From assembly GCA_016839605.1 (NCBI GenBank), contig JAEOTX010000039.1:1-64000 (forward strand): a stretch of DNA of 64,000 bases. Reading direction: 5' to 3'. The position numbers were made by a program, and so were the translations under genes. Within the stretch, counting starts at the first letter, position 1. Every line of letters begins with the position of its first letter. Source of the stretch: Candidatus Thorarchaeota archaeon (GTDB lineage: Archaea; Asgardarchaeota; Thorarchaeia; Thorarchaeales; Thorarchaeaceae). Under the pieces are notes generated by a model that saw only the letters and a program-made list of their open reading frames with translations, was not told where the DNA came from and ran no database searches. Of this stretch, positions 36,789 to 46,314 are shown piece after piece.

Positions 36789-37319
36789 TCAGCTCTCTCC
36801 GCTGGCACTAGATGCCTCAGCTGTGCGCTGGATCTCTTTGAGGTAGCTTAGAATCTTGGAGTGGCGGTCAACTGCTTGAACTTTTGATGCAGGACCGTAT
36901 ATTATAGCACCAGTTGGACATACCTTGGCACATTCAGGGTCTCCATCGCAATGATTACACTTGATAATCCTCATGCGTTCGGTATCCAAGAGAATCACCC
37001 CATTGACACATGCACCAACACAAGACTTGCAAAGAATGCATTTGTCCTCCTCGAGGAATGTCATCTTCGAAATAGGATCGCGCCGCATGGCATAGACCGG
37101 ACAGATATCAACACAGGGTGCAGTCTCACATGGACCACAGACGTTGGGAATATCAACGCCAATATCGTCATATTTGATGATCTTGAGCCGTGCTAAGCTA
37201 GGCTGGAATTTGCCTTCGTGTTTTGCGGAGCAAGCCAACTCACACATTCGGCACCCAGTACATTTGGTGAAGTCAACAGATAATTGTGATGTCAGACAGG
37301 CCACCTCAGGAGTCAACAT
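36789..37319 (-). CDS. 4Fe-4S dicluster protein (AOR partner, DmsB/HydN-like)
   Basis: CTGCRMCELAC, CGPCETAPC, CILCKSCVGAC, KCNHC...CPTGA. Confidence 0.92.
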   Translation of the reverse strand: MLTPEVACLTSQLSVDFTKCTGCRMCELACSAKHEGKFQPSLARLKIIKYDDIGVDIPNVCGPCETAPCVDICPVYAMRRDPISKMTFLEEDKCILCKSCVGACVNGVILLDTERMRIIKCNHCDGDPECAKVCPTGAIIYGPASKVQAVDRHSKILSYLKEIQRTAEASSASGES

Positions 37320-37366
37320 GACTGCATAGTAGCGGAAAAAGCTTCCTGATTGACTTTTTGTAACGG

Positions 37367-38434
37367 CTAAACCTCAATTACCCATCCATATGGGTCTTCT
37401 CGCTCTCCTGACTGTATACCAACAATTTCATCATAGAACTTCTGAGTTGTTGGACCAATTCCACCGGCCCCAACAGTATAGGGAGTGTCTTTATAGTGAA
37501 GGGTTCCGATAGGCGCAATTATCGCCGCAGTACCACACCCAAAAATCTCCTTGACTTTCCCATCTTTCAGACCGCTCATTACCTCATCGATTGAAATTCT
37601 ACGCTCTTTTACGTTCAATCCCCAGTCGGATGCGATTTGTAACACTGAGTCGCGTGTGATGCCAGAAAGGATTGTACCACCTAGGGGAGGCGTTGCTATT
37701 TCGTCATCAAACATCACAAAGATGTTCATAGTGCCAACTTCCTCCAAATACTTCCGCTCATGAGCATCAAGCCACAAGACCTGCGAGTAACCTGCACGAT
37801 TAGCTTCTGTCCCAGCCAGCAATCCTGCTGCATAGTTCCCCATTGTCTTTGCAGTTCCTATGCCACCCTGCGCCGCTCTAACATGTCTGTCAGCAATCAT
37901 TATGCTAACTGGGTTGAATCCTTCTTTGAAGTAGGGACCAACAGGACTCAGAATGACATAGTATAGGTACTCCGTGGAGGGTCTGACACCAAGCTTTGGT
38001 TCTACACCAATCAGAGTTGGGCGAATATATAATGAACTTCCGGGCACTTGAGGAACCCAATCACGCTCAATATGGATGAGTTTCTTCAGCGACTGCAAAG
38101 CAAAGTCATTGTCCAGTGTGGGCATCACCATTCGCTCAGCTGACAAGTTCAGCCGCTCGATGTTCTTGTCAGGCCGAAACAGAAACACCCTCTCTCCTCG
38201 TCTATAGGCCTTGAGGCCTTCGAAGACTCCTTGACCATAATGGAGAACCAGAGCTGCCGGGCTGAGCGATAGGGACTGGAAAGCACCAATCATAGGATTT
38301 TTCCATTTTCCGTTTGAGTAATTCATTGAAAACATATGGTCCGTGAACACTGTGCCAAAGGCTACACTCAGAACATCAGCTGGCTTGGATTTGCGTTTCT
38401 CCACTGGAACAAGATCAATCCCCAAATCCATCAT
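37367..38434 (-). CDS. ilvE: Branched-chain amino acid aminotransferase
   Basis: LHYGQGVFEGLKAY, LYIRP, AKTMGNY, EEVGTMN, ILSGITR, GTAA. Confidence 0.94.
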   Translation of the reverse strand: MMDLGIDLVPVEKRKSKPADVLSVAFGTVFTDHMFSMNYSNGKWKNPMIGAFQSLSLSPAALVLHYGQGVFEGLKAYRRGERVFLFRPDKNIERLNLSAERMVMPTLDNDFALQSLKKLIHIERDWVPQVPGSSLYIRPTLIGVEPKLGVRPSTEYLYYVILSPVGPYFKEGFNPVSIMIADRHVRAAQGGIGTAKTMGNYAAGLLAGTEANRAGYSQVLWLDAHERKYLEEVGTMNIFVMFDDEIATPPLGGTILSGITRDSVLQIASDWGLNVKERRISIDEVMSGLKDGKVKEIFGCGTAAIIAPIGTLHYKDTPYTVGAGGIGPTTQKFYDEIVGIQSGEREDPYGWVIEV

Positions 38435-38543
38435 TGTTCCCTCAATCCATGCTCTATTCAACCTCCTCATAAAGTCTAGGTATTATCCAGATGTGTGAAT
38501 CATTTATTAGTAAAACTCGGAATTGGCCAGTAAGGTGCATCCA

Positions 38544-38930
38544 ATGGGCGAGGATGAGGAGAAACCTAAGAAATCGAAGAAGAAGAAAGCTGACGACTAC
38601 ACGGAGCTTGAATTTGAGCTTGGAGAATTGGAGTTCGAAGCTAAAGGCAAATCGAAAGTAGTAGAGCGTATGTTCTACACACTTCTAGAAAAGCTTGAAA
38701 CTGGAAAGCTGAAAGCTATCACAGCTGCTGTCAAGGAGCTTGAAGACGCTGTAGATATGGAGGAAGAAGAAGAGGAGGAGGAAGAGGAAGAGGAGGAGGA
38801 AGAGGAAACAGAAGAGGAAGAGGAATCCGACTCAGAAAGTGAGCCACCTCCGAAATGGGAATCGCTTGATACTGAAACACCTCCCGAGTCAGAACCTGAG
38901 AAAGAAGCTCGTGAATCAGAATCAGAGTAA
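38544..38930 (+). CDS. Hypothetical protein with poly-Glu tail
   Basis: Short globular N-terminus followed by an E-rich tract; AAGGTG SD. Confidence 0.6.
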   Translation: MGEDEEKPKKSKKKKADDYTELEFELGELEFEAKGKSKVVERMFYTLLEKLETGKLKAITAAVKELEDAVDMEEEEEEEEEEEEEEEETEEEEESDSESEPPPKWESLDTETPPESEPEKEARESESE

Positions 38931-39004
38931 GGTTGACAGTGCTTAAGAAAATCCTTAAGCCTGATTGAATGATACGTGAAATGCGATTATAGGGAGAACT
39001 GCAA

Positions 39005-39607
39005 ATGAGTCACCATGAGGGAGGACCAGGAGATGAATACTACCTTGACCCCAAGGACGTACTCGCACAATATAGTGTAGAATGGGTTTCACTCCGGAAA
39101 TCCTACAGTGAACTCAACGCTCAGTTAGACCAGGTGAAAGCTGAACTCTCAGATCTTGATAGCAAATTGGAGAAAGGAGAGATAACTGAAGGAGAGCACA
39201 TTCAGGAATATCGAGAGAAGTGGCGTGTATCAACCCAAATGGTCCAAGTCAAGCGAGAAGTAGAAGGCCGACTTTATGAGATACAGAAAGAAATCCGCAC
39301 TGCAAATAGGCAGTTGAAGCAACTCGAAGAAGAAAAGCATCGAAGAGAACGCTTGGAACAAGAAAAAAGCAATGCCATGATTGAGTGGATGTCGCTGAAA
39401 CAGGGCTTTGAGTTAGTGGAACAGAAACGCCGTGAGATTACCGCGGAAATGGACAGGATTGAGGTTCAAAGACGAAAGGGCACCATCTCAGAAGAAGACT
39501 ATAGAAGCCAACGTGTTGAGCAAATCGGCCAACTGGCTCAGTTGATAACTGTTGAGTCGGATGTAAAGAGAAGACTAGCCGAGCTTCTAGAGATAATAAG
39601 AAAATGA
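39005..39607 (+). CDS. Coiled-coil protein with two GxIxxxxY-type (SHOCT/CdvA-like) motifs
   Basis: LEKGEITEGEH and RRKGTISEEDY within heptad repeats. Confidence 0.65.
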   Translation: MSHHEGGPGDEYYLDPKDVLAQYSVEWVSLRKSYSELNAQLDQVKAELSDLDSKLEKGEITEGEHIQEYREKWRVSTQMVQVKREVEGRLYEIQKEIRTANRQLKQLEEEKHRRERLEQEKSNAMIEWMSLKQGFELVEQKRREITAEMDRIEVQRRKGTISEEDYRSQRVEQIGQLAQLITVESDVKRRLAELLEIIRK

Positions 39608-39610
39608 GAA

Positions 39611-39637
39611 GAGCAGACCCCTGTGGCGGGGCCCGCT
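39611..39637. terminator. Imperfect GC-rich hairpin between convergent genes
   Basis: agc..acccc tgtggc gggg..gct between the 39607 stop and the gdhA stop. Confidence 0.35.
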
Positions 39638-39647
39638 AATCTAAGAA

Positions 39648-40994
39648 TTAAGCATAGAATCCTTGAATGATCATTGCATCAGCTACTTTCAGGAAGCCCG
39701 CAATGTTTGCACCGAGGACATAATTGCCTTTGGCACCGAATTTCTCGGAGGTCTTGTATGCATTTTCATGAATGGCAACCATGATGCCATGCAATCTCTT
39801 GTCCACCTCCTCTCGGGTCCAGAAGTATCGCTGACTGTTCTGTGCCATCTCAAGCCCAGATACTGAAACACCGCCCGCGTTGGCAGCCTTTCCGGGACCA
39901 TAGAGCACCTTACCCTCTAGGAAAATCTCAACTGCCTTAGGCACACATGGCATATTAGCGCCCTCACCGACTGCAAGTACGCCATTGTCGACAAGTGCTT
40001 TTGCTTCGTTAGCATCTACTTCGTTTTGAGTTGCACTTGGCAGAGCAATGTCACACTTCAGTTCCCAAGGACTGCCCCCTGCAGTGTAGTCCACCTTGAA
40101 GTGTTCAGCATACTCCTTTATGCGGCCTCTGCGTACGTTCTTTAAATCCATGACCCACGCAAGCTTTTCTCGGTCAATGCCATCCGGGTCATGAATCCAG
40201 CCGCTTGAGTCACTTAGAGCAATGACTTTCGCACCGAGATCAATGCACTTCTCGGTCGCAAATTGAGCAACATTTCCAGAGCCTGAAACGACTGCGGTCT
40301 TGCCCTTCAGATCTTCGCCCTTAGTCTTCAGCATCTCTTCGACGAAGTAAACGGTGCCATATCCAGTTGCTTCAGGCCGAATAAGTGACCCACCATAAGT
40401 GGGACCTTTGCCGGTTAGCACGCAGGTTCCATGGACGTTTGTAGCCTTTCTGTATGCACCGTAGAGGTAGCCAATTTCTCGAGCACCTACGCCGATGTCA
40501 CCAGCGGGGATATCAATGAACTGCCCAATATGCCTGTATAACTCAAGCATGAAACTGGTACAGAAATTCTCCACTTCCGCATCTGTTTTGCCCTTGGGAT
40601 CAAAATCAGAGCCGCCCTTGCCACCACCCATAGGAAGTGTTGTCAAGCTGTTCTTGAAGACCTGCTCAAAACCGAGGAATTTCAAAACACCTTGAGTCAC
40701 CGTGGGGTGGAGCCTAAGCCCGCCTTTGTATGGACCAATGGCACTGTTGAATTGAATCCTGAAGCCCCTATTAACCTGAATCTTGTTATCTCTATCCTTC
40801 CAGGGGATTCGGAACTGGATTATACGCTCCGGCTCGGTAATCCTCTCGAGAATCGAGAATTCCTTATACTTCGGGTATTTCTTTACGGCAGGTTCAAGAG
40901 ATTCCAAGACCTCGAGAACTGCTTGATGAAAGACCTTCTGATGTGGGTCTTTCTCAACGACCTTGTTGTATACACTCTCTATGTAGCTATCCAA
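39648..40994 (-). CDS. gdhA: Glutamate dehydrogenase (NADP-specific type)
   Basis: GPYKGGLR, MGGGKGG, PAGDIGVG, RPEATGYG, SGSGNVA, EGANMP, KAANAGGV. Confidence 0.96.
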   Translation of the reverse strand: MDSYIESVYNKVVEKDPHQKVFHQAVLEVLESLEPAVKKYPKYKEFSILERITEPERIIQFRIPWKDRDNKIQVNRGFRIQFNSAIGPYKGGLRLHPTVTQGVLKFLGFEQVFKNSLTTLPMGGGKGGSDFDPKGKTDAEVENFCTSFMLELYRHIGQFIDIPAGDIGVGAREIGYLYGAYRKATNVHGTCVLTGKGPTYGGSLIRPEATGYGTVYFVEEMLKTKGEDLKGKTAVVSGSGNVAQFATEKCIDLGAKVIALSDSSGWIHDPDGIDREKLAWVMDLKNVRRGRIKEYAEHFKVDYTAGGSPWELKCDIALPSATQNEVDANEAKALVDNGVLAVGEGANMPCVPKAVEIFLEGKVLYGPGKAANAGGVSVSGLEMAQNSQRYFWTREEVDKRLHGIMVAIHENAYKTSEKFGAKGNYVLGANIAGFLKVADAMIIQGFYA

Positions 40995-41168
40995 CAGACC
41001 TCACTCACCTATATTGATTGACGAGGCGGGCCGCGTCATGGCTTCCACATAAATGAATCGGATGTGGCTCAATGTTTCAATAATACTCCATGAGCACAAT
41101 TCATCTGATTTTCTTGCTCAATGTAATGATAAGAACAGTCATTAGCCAAGGGCTATCGTGTGTAAGTC

Positions 41169-41837
41169 ATGGTTGATTTCGAGCAGGAATGGATTTCTCC
41201 GATTCTTGAGGTATACAAGAAGGATGCTCAGATTAATGAAGTGAGTATCATCCTAGGCTTGAATCCGATAGGGCAGTCAATTTGTCGTCGGCTCTATGAA
41301 CATAACACGTTTGAAACTGTTCTTGTCTTCAATTCCCCCTCGTTCTCAACATGGACTAGATATCCGACAGAAATGAAACCTCCTGTTGTTCCAGTCCAAG
41401 CGATGATTTCTGATGACTTGATGCTGATATTTGGTGATGTCATAATACGAGAGTATGAATGGGCAACAGACATGCTGTTCTACCTGCGAGGGAAAGTCCC
41501 AACGAGATTCATCATCGCTCTAATGACACACGATGCAGCAACATGTGGCCAAGTGATGTCATCAAAAGGTAATCGCCTTCTGAAGAGAATAGGAGTCCCT
41601 CTAGGTAAATCCGACTTCTATGATGGTCTGACAGCGCCACTACTAGGCATAGGGCCAGTTGCAGGCCTAGATCCGGTTGTACTGTTTCTGGAGAGATCAG
41701 CTGATACTGATTCTATCCTTCAGGTGGATGACATGACAATCCATCAAGGAGATGTGGAAAAAGGGCTAGCTCTTCTTGACAAAGGACTCGATCTCAATAT
41801 GCCAGGCGTCCCAGGGTATGGGTCCGAATCTAGCTAA
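41169..41837 (+). CDS. Hypothetical protein, possible divergent proteasome assembly chaperone (PAC2-like)
   Basis: ILGLNPIG..C..L, FNSPSF and DGLTAPLL resemble PAC2 elements. Confidence 0.45.
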   Translation: MVDFEQEWISPILEVYKKDAQINEVSIILGLNPIGQSICRRLYEHNTFETVLVFNSPSFSTWTRYPTEMKPPVVPVQAMISDDLMLIFGDVIIREYEWATDMLFYLRGKVPTRFIIALMTHDAATCGQVMSSKGNRLLKRIGVPLGKSDFYDGLTAPLLGIGPVAGLDPVVLFLERSADTDSILQVDDMTIHQGDVEKGLALLDKGLDLNMPGVPGYGSESS

Positions 41838-42559
41838 TTCTGCTCATCCGACTTACTCGTCTGACCATAACCCGTACGATCGCGAGCATGTCTTGATGAG
41901 TCAGCTCGAGTGACTGGATCATTGCCCATCTTGATATCACAGTCCTCACACATCAGCGCTCTGGTGCTCTTTGCATCTACAATTCTCCCGCAAGAGATGC
42001 ATGCCCATAGTCCTGACTGAAGCATCATCGTTTTGCGAAATACAAGCCGAGCTAGTTCCTTCAAATCTGGCGGACAGTCCTTTGCTACACCAATCACTCC
42101 CTCTTCAGACCATTCACAGATTACTGAAACTAGTGTAGTGGTTAGCTCGATTATTCTGGTTGTGAGGTCCTCAATCTCGGTGGAGGTCTCTGACTTAACA
42201 TCCTTTGGAGCTTGAGGAACAGAAGATAGAACCTCGAGGAATGCAAAAAAGGCAGGAGCTGGGAATCGATCCTTTCCCTTCGCTTCAACCATTTGACCCA
42301 GAACTGCGGAGATCATCAGTGTTTGCGTATAATCTTCCTTCAAGATTTTCTCAATCTCACTCATTGTCTTTCGCGCGTTGATTTGGTATTCCTTAGAATC
42401 AAGGCCATGTTTCTTTGCCAGCGCTTCCACAGCTTCAATAAGTCCCTCACCCTTCATCATAGCCTCATTCACCCTCTTGGCTATGGTCTTGTAAGGTAGC
42501 CCTGTATCATGGGCAATCTTCTGTAGGAGGTCTCTAGCTGTCAGACTCAACAGATACAC
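41834..42559 (-). CDS. Hypothetical protein with C-terminal zinc finger
   Basis: CISCG...CEDC. Confidence 0.65.
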   Translation of the reverse strand: MYLLSLTARDLLQKIAHDTGLPYKTIAKRVNEAMMKGEGLIEAVEALAKKHGLDSKEYQINARKTMSEIEKILKEDYTQTLMISAVLGQMVEAKGKDRFPAPAFFAFLEVLSSVPQAPKDVKSETSTEIEDLTTRIIELTTTLVSVICEWSEEGVIGVAKDCPPDLKELARLVFRKTMMLQSGLWACISCGRIVDAKSTRALMCEDCDIKMGNDPVTRADSSRHARDRTGYGQTSKSDEQN

Positions 42560-42639
42560 ATACCTAATGATGACAGACTTAAGCGAGGGTACAATCTTTT
42601 AGTGAGTTTGTAAGACATTTGTGGGCGAGTGAACTATAG

Positions 42640-43185
42640 ATGATGTTATCGGATGTCGACATTGAGAAGGCGATGGAAAAGGGCTCAATAGTCATTGATC
42701 CCTTCACGCCCGATTCGCTGGGTCCTTGTAGTATAGATCTCAAGCTAGACAGCATTTTTCGAATTTATAATCCAGGCGCACCAATTGATGTGGAGAATAG
42801 GGACGCGTTGGATAGAGACACGAAGCTTGTGGACACAGAAGGCGAGCCGTTTATGATCCTCCCAGGACAATTCATTCTTGGGCAGACGGTTGAACGAATC
42901 AGAATAGGCTCCAATTATGCAGCACTCCTTGAAGGGAGGTCCAGCGTTGCAAGGCTAGGAATCATTGTCCACGCAGCAGGATTAGTGAACCCAGGAACAG
43001 GACTGAAGAAACCAGGTAGGCTTACCCTGGAGATCTATTGTGAAAACCTCAGTCCTGTTCTCCTTCGACCCGGAATGCTAATTGTACAGATTATGTTCGT
43101 CCCTCTAAGTAGTCCCGCAAGACGTGGATACGATGAACGATCTGAGAGTCGGTACATAGGACAGGACCGTCCTGATGTTGCGTAG
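42640..43185 (+). CDS. dcd: dCTP deaminase
   Basis: LSDVDI, PCSIDL, EGRSSVARLG, AGLVNPG, TLE, SRYIGQ. Confidence 0.92.
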   Translation: MMLSDVDIEKAMEKGSIVIDPFTPDSLGPCSIDLKLDSIFRIYNPGAPIDVENRDALDRDTKLVDTEGEPFMILPGQFILGQTVERIRIGSNYAALLEGRSSVARLGIIVHAAGLVNPGTGLKKPGRLTLEIYCENLSPVLLRPGMLIVQIMFVPLSSPARRGYDERSESRYIGQDRPDVA

Positions 43186-43238
43186 AAAGGCAAAGTATCT
43201 TAAAGGGACGAAGTCCGCCACAAGGTCGGCGGTCGAAC

Positions 43239-44249
43239 ATGAAGGATTACGACGTGGTCCTTGCAAGTGGAGCTGAACATCTTAGAGAGCGCTTCGAAGA
43301 ACATGGTTTCCGCGTGTTTACTTCGAATCTCAACTATGACAGCAGGCGCCTTTTCCCCAATACTGATATCTATGCGAGAATTAGCAGAGTTTCTGAGCTG
43401 TCTAATCGCAAAGTAGTTGTCGTCCAAAGCTGTACTGGTGCGGGGCCTGCTGAATTTGAACGCTACACTACATCAGACCGAGTTCTTGAATTGCTGCTGC
43501 TTCTTGACATCCTAGCACAGCCTGTAGAGGTTGAGAAGATAGGACACAAGAAGTTCAAGGAAACTCCAATTGATCCTCCTTCTAGGATAGAAGTAGTCCT
43601 AACGTTTCAACCATTTGCACTTCAGGACAAGTCGTTCTTGACTGGCGAAGCTTCTGCTGGAAGATGGGCCACTCGACAAATAGCAAATGCCTGCGATAAG
43701 ATATGGGTTGTAAATCCACATGCACCTGATAATCTACCATGGGTGAAAGACCTTACTGACAAGGGAATATACCAAGAAATTGACATTATTCCGGATCTCA
43801 TAGATTTCGGTCGTGAGAAATTTGGTTTTACAGATTGCCTCGTGGTCACCCCCGACGAAGGTGCCAAGCAGCGCTATGACATTGAGGGATTTGGCAAGAA
43901 ACGAACCAATTCGTACTGTGTAGAGCTCCATGGAGATCTTGATGTGAAAGGAAAGCAAGTCATTGTTATTGACGACCTCACCAAGAGTGGTAGCACCTTG
44001 TTGAAAGCTGCAGAACGACTCTATTCCCTTGGTGCATCTGATGTAGGAATGGTTGTGGCACACGTTGTTCCACTTAGAGATAGAGGAGAGAAACTCCTAA
44101 GCGCCTTGATAGACAAGAGCAAGGAGAGAATCGTGACAACCAACACAGTTAGAACTCATGCATTTTGTGAGGATGAACCTAGTTTCACTTACAATATAGT
44201 AGACACACTTGTCAAAGAACTACAAACTCACGGGCTAAAACCTACTTAA
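43239..44249 (+). CDS. Ribose-phosphate pyrophosphokinase-like (divergent PRPP synthetase)
   Basis: FPNTDIY, QDKSFLTGE, VTPDEGA, VIVIDDLTKSGSTL, TTNTV. Confidence 0.75.
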   Translation: MKDYDVVLASGAEHLRERFEEHGFRVFTSNLNYDSRRLFPNTDIYARISRVSELSNRKVVVVQSCTGAGPAEFERYTTSDRVLELLLLLDILAQPVEVEKIGHKKFKETPIDPPSRIEVVLTFQPFALQDKSFLTGEASAGRWATRQIANACDKIWVVNPHAPDNLPWVKDLTDKGIYQEIDIIPDLIDFGREKFGFTDCLVVTPDEGAKQRYDIEGFGKKRTNSYCVELHGDLDVKGKQVIVIDDLTKSGSTLLKAAERLYSLGASDVGMVVAHVVPLRDRGEKLLSALIDKSKERIVTTNTVRTHAFCEDEPSFTYNIVDTLVKELQTHGLKPT

Positions 44250-44479
44250 TCGACATAGTCTTCAGCGTTGGATTTTGCGGCCCAGGCTTTTTCTGTGGCT
44301 CGTTCAACTAAGTCGCGCGTTTCCAGGTCATTGAGGGCCATGATGACCTCGTTTTGATTGCATTCTATGTGTCGTCTTTGAAGAGTCCTTGTTATTGCGG
44401 CCGCTCTATGATTGTCTTCTAGAATGAGTGCAAGTATTTCACGCTGCAGTTCAGTAATCTCTTCACTCATATTCAACAC
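44246..44479 (-). CDS. Small winged-helix protein
   Basis: ITELQREILALI...EVIMALNDLETRDLVER...W. Confidence 0.65.
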   Translation of the reverse strand: MLNMSEEITELQREILALILEDNHRAAAITRTLQRRHIECNQNEVIMALNDLETRDLVERATEKAWAAKSNAEDYVD

Positions 44480-44593
44480 TGAACCACGCCCTCCGCAGGG
44501 CTCTTTTAAGGCTATCTCTAGACAAAATCATTTCTCCTGCCATCGAAATGCTTTTCTTGTATACAGACAGGGCGCCTGTGGGTTGGTAGATGG

Positions 44594-45337
44594 ATGGAAA
44601 ATGACAAGGAATACCACATTGATATCGCACCTGGAGAAATACCTGAACTCGTACTACTACCTGGAGACCCAGACAGATCACGTCTAATCGCTGAGCAGTT
44701 CTTCGACAAGCCAGTTGAGGTTGCAAAGAAACGTGAATACTGGAGCTTCAAAGGCACTTACAAGGGAGTGCCTGTCGGAGTCTGCTCGACGGGAATAGGT
44801 TGTCCTTCTGCTGCTATTGCTATTGAAGAGCTAGTGAAAGTTGGATGCAAGGTTTTCGTTCGAGTAGGAACAGCTGGTGCGATAAACCCGAACCTAAAAG
44901 CAGGAGATGTAATCATTTTCACAGGGGCCGTCAGAGATGATGGAACATCAAGACAGTACGTTCCCCTTGAGTTTCCAGCGATCGCAGACCCGGAGGTTGT
45001 AATAGCACTCACGCGGGCTGCGGATAAGCGGGGTACGAAATACTATGCAGGGATTGGGCATAGTAAGGACTCATTCTATAGTGAGTACCCAGACCTAGTT
45101 GCTAATCCTGAAGCAATGAGAGAGCATTGGGAGTCAATGAAGAGAGCAAATGTCCTAGCCACTGAGATGGAGTCGGCGGCACTCTTTGTTATCGGTCACC
45201 TTCGTGGAGTAAAGGTGGGAACAATCTGTGTTATTGTAGGTGAGAATATCGAGAAGGAAGCCAAGATTGTTGGAAAGCCACCCCTTGACGACCTTGTAAC
45301 AATTGCACTTGATGCAATGATAGGACTGAAGCAATAG
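44594..45337 (+). CDS. udp: Uridine/nucleoside phosphorylase
   Basis: LLPGDPDR, KRE, STGIGCPS, RVGTAG, RDDGTS, EMESA. Confidence 0.9.
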   Translation: MENDKEYHIDIAPGEIPELVLLPGDPDRSRLIAEQFFDKPVEVAKKREYWSFKGTYKGVPVGVCSTGIGCPSAAIAIEELVKVGCKVFVRVGTAGAINPNLKAGDVIIFTGAVRDDGTSRQYVPLEFPAIADPEVVIALTRAADKRGTKYYAGIGHSKDSFYSEYPDLVANPEAMREHWESMKRANVLATEMESAALFVIGHLRGVKVGTICVIVGENIEKEAKIVGKPPLDDLVTIALDAMIGLKQ

Positions 45338-45363
45338 AAGAGCCCAGATGAGGCGCTTCTGCT

Positions 45364-46152
45364 TTAGATTCCGCCGAACCACACTTTCTTCTGCACAGCC
45401 ATATGGAGATTCTCAGCTGTAGCCTTGTCAAGCCCAGTCGTAAGCGCGAGCTGTTCCGCGCTTGTAGCTACGATGTCAGTCACATTTGCATAGCCAGCAT
45501 TGAATATTGCAGTTATAGTGGGATCGGGGATTCCTAGCTCCATGAGTAGGCTGCGAAGTTCCACTTTGCTGGTTTCGTCTGAGGCAGGCGGCTTTACTCC
45601 AGGCAGTTCTTGTTCGAGTGGATCCTCAGTCATAGGTGGGATTTCAGCTCCAGGGGGACCTTCGGATGGTGCAGGTGCATCCGGTGTAGTCGGAGCAGTT
45701 GGCTTTCGTACTGCGACTCCGCTATGATCTGCAATAAATGATGGTCGCAGCAGTACGAGGCCAGTTATGACCATTACAATGAGTAAGGGAACAAACAAAA
45801 TGCTGTCTATGTCTAAACCAATCAATGTGCCACCAGGACCAGGTGCCAGCAATCCATTCACTATCCCTTCGAAAATGAGATCTGTCCAAGAGTCACCGGA
45901 TAGATCTGTGGCTAAGAAGAGCCAGAGTGGAGAGAAGAGAGCGAACCCTCCTGTTTCGAATATGATGAACTCTCGAAATTGGTCCCTTCGTCTAGCGTAG
46001 ACAATCAAGGGAGGAATAAGTGCAATGCCCAAGGAAATGAAAAACCAAGTAACATACAATGACCAATCTCCTGTTACTTTGGGGATTATACTACCAATGA
46101 AGATGATGCCGGGGAGAAGCGCACCTATGAAGACACCGAAGCCATATCGCAT
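45364..46152 (-). CDS. Membrane protein with Pro-rich linker and C-terminal helix-hairpin-helix domain
   Basis: About 4 TM helices; GIPDPTITAIFNAGYANVTDI..TSAEQLALTTGLDKATAENL (HhH_5-like). Confidence 0.7.
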   Translation of the reverse strand: MRYGFGVFIGALLPGIIFIGSIIPKVTGDWSLYVTWFFISLGIALIPPLIVYARRRDQFREFIIFETGGFALFSPLWLFLATDLSGDSWTDLIFEGIVNGLLAPGPGGTLIGLDIDSILFVPLLIVMVITGLVLLRPSFIADHSGVAVRKPTAPTTPDAPAPSEGPPGAEIPPMTEDPLEQELPGVKPPASDETSKVELRSLLMELGIPDPTITAIFNAGYANVTDIVATSAEQLALTTGLDKATAENLHMAVQKKVWFGGI

Positions 46153-46314
46153 GGTCCTAACTCACCTCTGTCACGCTGGAACGAATCAGAATACTGTCCT
46201 CGTTCTTTTAGGTGTTTTGAGAATGTATGTCCCAATGTAAATTGCATACATAAGAGGGCCAAGGAGCATCATCCTTATGAGCTATTAGCAGCCATTTTTG
46301 GCTGGATGATCTGA

